Assembly (NCBI GenBank): GCA_048938295.1
Contig: JBHLMI010000005.1
Span: 30,001-62,000, forward strand
Length of the DNA stretch: 32,000 nt
From: Promethearchaeota archaeon
GTDB taxonomy: Archaea > Asgardarchaeota > Hermodarchaeia > Hermodarchaeales > Hermodarchaeaceae
Direction: 5' to 3'
Shown: positions 25,964 through 32,000 of the stretch, one piece after another
How the letters are laid out: the number at the start of each line of letters is the position of its first letter
Position numbering within the stretch: position 1 is the stretch's first letter
Made by a program: the position numbers and the translations under genes
Notes under the pieces: generated by a model
Told to the model about the DNA's origin: nothing
Seen by the model: only the letters and a program-made list of their open reading frames with translations
The model's database searches: none

Positions 25964-26788
25964 CTAGCGTGCTTTGGTCGGATGATAGACGAGATATAAG
26001 GAGGTCACAAGGAGGGCGACTGCGAGGACTAATGCCATGATTGCATTGAATAGAATCTCAATCATTGCAGAATTGATGAGATAGACTTGTATGTAGATGG
26101 CTGTATTCGGTAGTATCATTAGCGAGAGGAGGAAACTCAAAAGAAGAGGTAAGCGGCGCATTCGGAAGTGAGGCTGCCGTTTCTGAGATTCTACATAGAT
26201 AATGAGAATGCTACAGACGAGGACAAACCCAAGGGCCGAAAGCAGCAGAGGCATCAAGGTGATGATATCGACATTACGGAGGAATGGGACAATAACCCAC
26301 GCCATTTGATATCCTCCAAATGCTAAACTAAAAATCGCTGAAAACTTGAGAAAAATCGGACCAGTGGTATCAGAGGTTAGTCCATGATCACCAGGAACTA
26401 CCTCTCGTCGAACGAGGAGCGCCTCAATGATAATAATTACACCCATTACTGAGAAGAAGATGGCGCGAGACCAAATAGACCCAAATAAGTCACTTGGACT
26501 ACCAGTGTAGGGCGGAATGAAATAGAAAACTATTCCAATAATTAAGGAGAGGACACCGACACTGAGAAGAAACGCCCAGCCCACATAATCGCGTCCAGGT
26601 TTGAAGACATCATCGAAGATGAGAATTCCTGTGCCGATAATTATTGCCAAGAAGATGGCATAGAGCATGAATTCAGGTGGAGGAAGCCATCGGATGAAAT
26701 ATGTGTACAAGCGATATGCAGCATAGATGAAGAATATGAATGCGGTTATTTGGAGCAGCCGGGAAAGGAGATTGGAATGCTTTGCCAA
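25964..26788 (-). CDS. Polytopic membrane protein of unknown function
   Basis: 274-aa ORF with about 8 hydrophobic segments and no motif I recognise. Fills the gap between the NTPase gene and pheT; TATA-like TTATAATA upstream on the minus strand (26882-26889). Confidence 0.7.
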   Translation of the reverse strand: MAKHSNLLSRLLQITAFIFFIYAAYRLYTYFIRWLPPPEFMLYAIFLAIIIGTGILIFDDVFKPGRDYVGWAFLLSVGVLSLIIGIVFYFIPPYTGSPSDLFGSIWSRAIFFSVMGVIIIIEALLVRREVVPGDHGLTSDTTGPIFLKFSAIFSLAFGGYQMAWVIVPFLRNVDIITLMPLLLSALGFVLVCSILIIYVESQKRQPHFRMRRLPLLLSFLLSLMILPNTAIYIQVYLINSAMIEILFNAIMALVLAVALLVTSLYLVYHPTKAR

Positions 26789-26906
26789 TATTTTGCACCA
26801 CGTTAGGGAATGTTTGTTAGGGAGTCCCTAGGCTAACCATTTAGGACGAGACGAGCCCTTCCATTACTTTTAGATATCTCATATTATAATCTTAGTGGCA
26901 CGCCCT

Positions 26907-28574
26907 TCACGAACCCATTTTTGGAGCCCAATCCGCAAGAATCTCAAATTCGAAGGCAACACAGGGAGCCTCGATTCCGAAATTCGCAAGCACGAGAGGG
27001 TGGATTTCACCAAGCACCCCAAGCCGTTTGGTTCCTATCTGAAGGTTCGCAACACGTCCTTTAATGAACGAAGGATCCGAGGTTTTTATGACCTTTCCTT
27101 TCAGTCCAAGGTTGCTGAGGAGAGTGAACAGTTCGGCTTTCAAAAATGTGATATCGACCCGTGAATTCACGGTTATGGCGGCAAGATGCGAGATAGTGTC
27201 GGTGCAGGTTTCAGCATTCGGATTAATCGTCACAACAGGACCCACTTCAAAGATTCGGTGCGGGAGTTCCTGCGCCGTATTCAGACTTAAGAAATCAAGT
27301 AACCCTGGGAGGAGACTATTCCTGGCAACGTGGTATTCCATCGATTTGGGATTTGCAATTTCAACCACAGTTTGTCTAGAGTGATTCATTTTCTCAAACA
27401 GGGTGCGAGTATTTGTGAGAACGTAGTTTGCTACCTCTTGGTAACCAAGACCCACCATAAGATCACGGATTGTCCTCAGCATCTGTGTCAAGGGTAATTC
27501 TTTGCCCACAGTCATGGTTTGTGGTAGTTCCGGTTCGATTCGATTATACCCATAACCAATCGCGACATCTTCGATGATGTCAACATCATGAAGGATATCG
27601 ACGCGGAACGCAGGGATTTCAACTTGAATCGCTTTTTGATTAGCCTTAGCATCCATTCGCATCCGCTTGAGAGCGCGAGTTACAGCGGGACCGCCAAAAT
27701 CATAACCAATGGTTGCGTTAATTAAATCCAAGGAAACTTCTCGTTTAGCTAACGAGAGATTCGGCAATTGTTCTTGATGGTCAGGGTATACAACTTCTAC
27801 AGCTTCAAGAGAGCCACCTCTCTCAGCCAGTGCGGTGATAATGATGTTGAGAGATTGTAGTGTAGTTTGTTTATGGGTACCCGTAACCTCAACAAAGACA
27901 TCCTTTGTGTCGACTAAAAGTCGCCCAAGGTCATTACTGTTAATTACTGGTGGTAAACTCAAAACATTATCTTTGGCGTCCACAAGAAGAGGATAGCGTG
28001 GAAATGGTTTGATTATGTCTCCAAATTCCTGTCCCTTCGGGTGGTCTCGCAGTATCTGTTTGGCAGTTAACTCCTCATGGAACTCCAATGGAACAAACTT
28101 GATGACATCGGGTGGCGCAGTACGGTAATACACTGGAGGGGTAATAAGATCTAAGACATATAATCCGATGCTCGTTCGTTTTCGATTACGACCAAAGGTT
28201 CCTGTCAATCGTTCCTGTAATTGCATGAATTCAGCAATGAGATCAGTATCTAATGCTAAACCCTTTACAATACCACAAGCTAGGTAGGGTCGCACCTTGG
28301 CAACAGAGGGATCAACAATGGCCTGCCACTTTGACTGCTTTACGGGATATTTCGGTGCACCCGTTTCGATTTCTAAGAATCCGCGTAATGCCCGTGCAAT
28401 TCCTTCAGTAGAGAGCATATCGACACGGTCAGGATTTACCTCAATGGTGGCCACTCCATCAGCTATGCGGTCGATTTCGCATTTAATGAGAAATAAGTTC
28501 TCTTCGAGTTCTTTCAAGGAAAGATTTCGACCAATTAGGTGTAGGAGATCTGAAATACGTACATCTACGTTCAC
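26907..28574 (-). CDS. pheT: Phenylalanine--tRNA ligase beta subunit (archaeal type)
   Basis: NPDRVDMLSTEGIARAL, RPYLAC, QERL..TFGRNRK, LSLPPVINS, PAFRVDILHDVDIIEDVAIGYGYN, PHRIFEVG, GEIHP. Start moved to GTG 28574 because the track's GTG at 28583 lies within the SD GAGGTGA. Confidence 0.96.
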   Translation of the reverse strand: MNVDVRISDLLHLIGRNLSLKELEENLFLIKCEIDRIADGVATIEVNPDRVDMLSTEGIARALRGFLEIETGAPKYPVKQSKWQAIVDPSVAKVRPYLACGIVKGLALDTDLIAEFMQLQERLTGTFGRNRKRTSIGLYVLDLITPPVYYRTAPPDVIKFVPLEFHEELTAKQILRDHPKGQEFGDIIKPFPRYPLLVDAKDNVLSLPPVINSNDLGRLLVDTKDVFVEVTGTHKQTTLQSLNIIITALAERGGSLEAVEVVYPDHQEQLPNLSLAKREVSLDLINATIGYDFGGPAVTRALKRMRMDAKANQKAIQVEIPAFRVDILHDVDIIEDVAIGYGYNRIEPELPQTMTVGKELPLTQMLRTIRDLMVGLGYQEVANYVLTNTRTLFEKMNHSRQTVVEIANPKSMEYHVARNSLLPGLLDFLSLNTAQELPHRIFEVGPVVTINPNAETCTDTISHLAAITVNSRVDITFLKAELFTLLSNLGLKGKVIKTSDPSFIKGRVANLQIGTKRLGVLGEIHPLVLANFGIEAPCVAFEFEILADWAPKMGS

Positions 28575-28587
28575 AAGGTTCACCTCA

Positions 28588-30129
28588 TTAAAATCTCAGA
28601 GACACGCTTCGTAACCAGCCAAGGTCGCGTGTAACAAGTTCGCGAATATCGTTAATGCCTAATGCTGCCATGGCTAGCCGATCAACGCCAATGCCCCAGG
28701 CTAGGACAGGAAAATCAACACCAAGTGGCAAGGTGACTTCAGGGCGAAAAATACCTCCTGGTAAGGCTTCCTTCCAACCTAGCCCTGGAATGTGTATGAA
28801 CCCCTCAATGGATGGCTCTGTGAATGGAAAGAACCCCGGTTTAAATTTAAGTTTCTTTATTCCCACACCTTCGGCAATAGCGCAAAGGTATCCCATTAAA
28901 TCTCGAAGTGTAAGTCCTTTACCTCCGATAATACCCTCACATTGAAGGAATTCAGCTGAATGTGTCGCATCAAATTTCTCTGGACGGAAATTCCGGTCGA
29001 TACTAAACATCCGCAATGGTGCTTGTGGGTGCTGTGTGAGGAAGCGAACGGAAACCGCTGTGGTTTGACTGCGCATGACAAGTTGACGGGCAACATCAAA
29101 GCTATACTTGTACTTCCATCCTGTTGATCCCGTTCTCCATCCATTTTCGTGAGTTTTTGCTACCTGTTCAGCGATGGTTCTATTCAGGAGGGTTCCAGGA
29201 CCCTTTGGGATCCTTATCTGATATGAATCGTGAACTTCGCGAGCCACGTGGTCTTGAGGCATGAAGAGGGCATCATTGTTCCAAAATTCCAATTCAACCA
29301 GTGGTCCGGTGGCTTCTTGAAAACCTAACCCAATGAGGATTCGTCGAACACGATCGATGAATTCAACGTATGGATGTTTCTTACCCGGATAAAGGGGAGG
29401 AGTGGGGGCCTGAAGATTGTAAGGAAGGAAATCACGGTTCTTCCACTGCATAGATTTCAAAAGTCTAGGAGTCAAATCTTGAATCATATCTTTTTGTCGT
29501 CGTGATGCATCCAGTGCCTTGATTCCCTCAGGAGTGATTGTTACAGTAACCGTCCTTCGAGATGAGAGTTGGGCAAGTTGCCGTTTCTCAAAATCTTGTT
29601 GGATACTTTTCCATGTTTTAGGGTCAAAGTCAACTGCGTCCAGAGATAATTCACCTGTTTTCCTGGCAGTATTCAATGCGAGTTGCAGCGGATGTTGGGC
29701 TATTGTGTTCACCGCAGTAGAAGAGATCAGCAGCCAGGTTTCTTCACCACGTTTTGTAACGGAAACCCATCCATTGCGGCGCGCCCATCCAATTGCTAGT
29801 TGCTGTTCAGTAGTATCTAGGAGTTTGTTCTCTTCTAGAGAGGAGACTGAAGCCTCTCCACCCAGTTGTGCCAGTATTTCCACTAATCGGATTTCGGGAA
29901 GACCTTTTTCAGCAAAACGCTGCCCTTCCTGAGTCAGTTGATATGATTGGATCGTCGAAGACTCATGGTCTTCAATGAGTTTCTGGTTGCGAAGACTTTC
30001 TAAGAGGCTCTGAACAGTGTCTTGTTTTAACGATAATGCAGTGGCTATCGCTTCAGGAGATAATGGGCGGGTTGTGGATTGCAGGTAGTTAAGGACTCGT
30101 TGGGCTTTTTCAGATAATCTGTACTTCAT
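28588..30129 (-). CDS. pheS: Phenylalanine--tRNA ligase alpha subunit (archaeal type, N-terminal winged-helix extension)
   Basis: LTQEG..FAEKGLPE, GKKHPY, FWNNDALFMPQDHVARE, MRSQTT, FRPEKFDATHSAEFLQCEG, FFPFTEPS, GIFRPE, AWGIGVDRLAM. SD GGAGG at 30134-30138. Confidence 0.97.
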   Translation of the reverse strand: MKYRLSEKAQRVLNYLQSTTRPLSPEAIATALSLKQDTVQSLLESLRNQKLIEDHESSTIQSYQLTQEGQRFAEKGLPEIRLVEILAQLGGEASVSSLEENKLLDTTEQQLAIGWARRNGWVSVTKRGEETWLLISSTAVNTIAQHPLQLALNTARKTGELSLDAVDFDPKTWKSIQQDFEKRQLAQLSSRRTVTVTITPEGIKALDASRRQKDMIQDLTPRLLKSMQWKNRDFLPYNLQAPTPPLYPGKKHPYVEFIDRVRRILIGLGFQEATGPLVELEFWNNDALFMPQDHVAREVHDSYQIRIPKGPGTLLNRTIAEQVAKTHENGWRTGSTGWKYKYSFDVARQLVMRSQTTAVSVRFLTQHPQAPLRMFSIDRNFRPEKFDATHSAEFLQCEGIIGGKGLTLRDLMGYLCAIAEGVGIKKLKFKPGFFPFTEPSIEGFIHIPGLGWKEALPGGIFRPEVTLPLGVDFPVLAWGIGVDRLAMAALGINDIRELVTRDLGWLRSVSLRF

Positions 30130-30185
30130 TTATCCTCCATCCAGTGATACGAATACTGAGCTTCAGGAGCTGATACAAAATAAAA

Positions 30186-30239
30186 CTAAGGGAACAGTAA
30201 GAACAATACTTGTTCAAGGTAATTGAAATTCCAAGGCAT
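30186..30239 (-). other. Candidate Phe-containing leader peptide ORF (MPWNFNYLEQVLFLLFP) upstream of pheS
   Basis: Hand-translated ATG(30239)...TAG(30186), 17 aa with three TTC codons. Sits between a TATA-like box and the pheS SD. Translation is unproven. Confidence 0.3.
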
Positions 30240-30282
30240 CAGCCCATCCTTGTTTTCAATGGAGCTTCATTACCTAATACAA

Positions 30283-30316
30283 TATTTAAAGTGTCCGATT
30301 AAATCCAGGTGGATTT
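30283..30316 (-). promoter_or_regulatory. Putative pheST promoter: TATA-like box plus upstream palindrome
   Basis: TTTAAATA on the minus strand (30283-30290). Perfect inverted repeat AAATCCA-GG-TGGATTT at 30301-30316, which could alternatively act at the 3' end of the DUF790 transcript. Confidence 0.45.
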
Positions 30317-30325
30317 GAGTCACAT

Positions 30326-31606
30326 TTAGGTAGGTAAGGCTTTCAAAATCTTTCCATAAGGGATTTCGTAGCGATTTCCCCGTGCTCGATAAAAGATCGT
30401 GGGGTAAGGGGCTTTCGTGAATGCCTTTCGATGTTTGGTGTCCACCAATAATATCATCTGTTTCAATCCGTTTTGTTTCAGAAAGGTTAATTGAGCGTGC
30501 TTCTTTTGGGTATATTCCTCTCGCCAGTATCCAATTATTTCGACAAGGACACGAATATTATTCTTGACGAGAGCGAAATCAGGGATAATCACACGCGAGC
30601 CGAATGTAAAAGCTTCGGGTTCTCGTATGATATCCCAACCTCGGAATTTATTATTATGCCAACTCCAGTAGAACTGCTTCTCTACTTTGGAGTCCAGAAA
30701 GGCTTCTGAAGGTCTGGTGGAAGGGGGTGGAAGAAGCGGGGGAAGAGATTCAGAGTCTAGCTTAACAACGTATTGACGGTTCCGCAGAATAACATCTAGG
30801 GAGATGGTCTCGAAGTGGATATCGACATTCGAAGTATCGCGAAAGAGCCCACTGATTACCTGTGCGATATTCCATCCGAAGGAGGAGGCCCGCCCAAAGA
30901 AGATACGGGGCCCAGCTATTGTGGCACGGAGACCAGCATTAGTTGATTCGAGGTCGACCAAAACGCCATATCGTTTCGTATGTTTGAACAAGACCCGAGC
31001 AGTTATACCAAGGCTTGTTCCACTGATAAGGAGTGTTACTAAATCACAATTATAAAACAGTGTTTCTAATATTTCGTAGTTATAACCCTTAATCGCAGTT
31101 TCTGCAGTAGGTGCTGAATTGCTGCGGTGAAGAAGCATCTCATCTTCACGATGGACCGTGAGTAATTTGTTGATGGTTTCAGAGTCTAACCGTAAGATCT
31201 GACCAGCTTTGCTGAGCACTTCGGTGCGTTTCGCACGTGGGTAAAATCCACCATATGCATCTTGGATGTGTTGCCAGAACCATAGACGGAAATCCTCAAG
31301 GGAATCAATGCCTTGTCGTCGTAGCTCAGTCAGTTGTGCATCTTCTAGTAAATCTTTGAGAACACGGGGAGAAAATGAATAATTTCGGCTAAATAAGGTA
31401 GCAAAGAGAGCTTTTACTATTCGATTGTCAGGCGCCCAAGTTAGGGGAGTATCCAGGTCGATTTCTCCCCTTGACTCACCGAGATGAGCTTCAAGATAAT
31501 CAATTAACCGTTGGGGGAGCGCTTGGTCTTTGGGATGATTCAGGAAATAGGGAATAAGGTTTATCCCTCGGATTTGGTATTTGAGGTATTGCAGTCGAAG
31601 CACCAT
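30326..31606 (-). CDS. DUF790 / Bax1-family endonuclease (PD-(D/E)xK fold)
   Basis: YNYEILETL, TIAGPRIFF, FLDSKVEKQF, GWDIIREPE, IPDFAL, VEIIGYWREEY..KK. Confidence 0.85.
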   Translation of the reverse strand: MVLRLQYLKYQIRGINLIPYFLNHPKDQALPQRLIDYLEAHLGESRGEIDLDTPLTWAPDNRIVKALFATLFSRNYSFSPRVLKDLLEDAQLTELRRQGIDSLEDFRLWFWQHIQDAYGGFYPRAKRTEVLSKAGQILRLDSETINKLLTVHREDEMLLHRSNSAPTAETAIKGYNYEILETLFYNCDLVTLLISGTSLGITARVLFKHTKRYGVLVDLESTNAGLRATIAGPRIFFGRASSFGWNIAQVISGLFRDTSNVDIHFETISLDVILRNRQYVVKLDSESLPPLLPPPSTRPSEAFLDSKVEKQFYWSWHNNKFRGWDIIREPEAFTFGSRVIIPDFALVKNNIRVLVEIIGYWREEYTQKKHAQLTFLKQNGLKQMILLVDTKHRKAFTKAPYPTIFYRARGNRYEIPYGKILKALPT

Positions 31607-31629
31607 GAGTAAGTTCCCTATTGATAATG

Positions 31630-31998
31630 TTAGTAGATACCACCATCTAGAAGCGTACCTAACTCAAGGAGACGCAGACCTTGGCCCCCACGGACATAGA
31701 TACGGCTACTACCAGTTGGGTCAGAGTGAATTAATGCAAAGATTCGATACCGATCCTTAAGACTTGGAGGAGGATCAGTCACGCGGAATTGGCCTTTCCC
31801 AAGCTTGACTTGTTCACCTCCTTTGGCTTTTTCCTCTTGTAAGACTCCTTGAATGAGGAGCGCAATATTCCAGGTTAGTTTTCGACTCCGACAAATCAAG
31901 ATGCTTCCCTGTAATAGTACAGTGTCGACACGATCAATGACCGTCAACCAGTCCTGTAAATCTGGGTGTAGCTTGTCAGAGCTGAGACTTTTTTCTGT
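31630..31998 (-). CDS. 3' part of a CDS of unknown function, running off the window end
   Basis: The frame is open from the window edge (TEKSLSSDKLHPDLQDWLTVIDR...), so the TTG at 31947 is probably internal. The other two minus frames hit stops within the first 20 codons. Confidence 0.6.
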   Translation of the reverse strand, partial: TEKSLSSDKLHPDLQDWLTVIDRVDTVLLQGSILICRSRKLTWNIALLIQGVLQEEKAKGGEQVKLGKGQFRVTDPPPSLKDRYRIFALIHSDPTGSSRIYVRGGQGLRLLELGTLLDGGIY

Positions 31999-32000
31999 GA

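Noticed and set aside
26802-26823. TTAGGG telomere-like repeats
   Set aside because: Only two non-tandem copies in a prokaryotic intergenic region; not a telomeric array.
28575-28583. Track start of pheT at GTG 28583
   Set aside because: That GTG is part of the SD GAGGTGA; the in-frame GTG at 28574 has normal spacing.
30228-30274. Resemblance to a fluoride (crcB) riboswitch: GGTAATGAAGCTC...AAAAC...GGGCTGATG on the minus strand
   Set aside because: The required pairings fail: there is no complement for GGTA (P1), no GCCC partner for GGGC, and no AGCTTC pseudoknot partner. The downstream gene is pheS, not a fluoride exporter.
30130-30325. T-box riboswitch for pheST
   Set aside because: No T-box consensus (GGTGGNACC) and no long stem I. 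T-boxes are bacterial.
155-30709. Numerous 60-140 aa ORFs in the track overlapping the called genes (e.g. 155-466, 5375-5749, 14858-15223, 26895-27164, 29519-29932, 30491-30709)
   Set aside because: They are antisense or off-frame shadows of well-supported genes, with no recognisable motifs.
1-32000. tRNA, rRNA, CRISPR arrays, IS elements, and Sec/Pyl read-through
   Set aside because: All intergenic gaps are about 200 bp or shorter, and I saw no cloverleaf, spaced direct repeats or transposase motifs. The called genes have no internal stops that would need recoding. This was a by-eye check only.

Overview
Archaeal genomic window, judged from archaeal-type PheS/PheT, ThiR-like regulator, DUF790/Bax1, archaeal dUTPase, TATA-like boxes and GGAGG/GGTGA ribosome-binding sites. 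The large TPR-CHAT protein and the zinc-finger membrane proteins are reminiscent of Asgard archaea, but the taxon cannot be proven from this window. 1-19.7 kb is a surface-glycan locus with three interleaved parts: (i) a complete nonulosonic acid pathway, most likely legionaminic-type (4,6-dehydratase, DegT aminotransferase, NeuC, NeuB, NeuA), plus a flippase and two glycosyltransferase-like genes; (ii) an APS reductase - cysteate synthase - fused ComDE operon, predicted to turn activated sulfate into sulfoacetaldehyde; (iii) several amide-forming or de-acylating enzymes (glutaminase-less Asn-synthetase fold, ATP-grasp, two PIG-L deacetylases, GNAT, LbH acyltransferase). Best hypothesis (inference): a sulfonate-decorated (taurine or sulfoacetyl) nonulosonate-containing glycan. 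The alternative is coenzyme M synthesis that is simply adjacent. 19.8-24.8 kb holds a TPR-CHAT protein lacking the canonical catalytic His-Gly, a zinc-ribbon CPBP protease and a membrane protein with a PHD/prokaryotic-RING-like C4HC3 finger. 24.9-32 kb is mostly housekeeping (dUTPase, NTPase, pheT, pheS, DUF790). The pheS leader contains a 17-codon ORF with three Phe codons plus hairpins, resembling a pheM-type attenuator. No rRNA, tRNA, CRISPR array or mobile element was recognised. All family calls come from motif recognition by eye; no searches were run.
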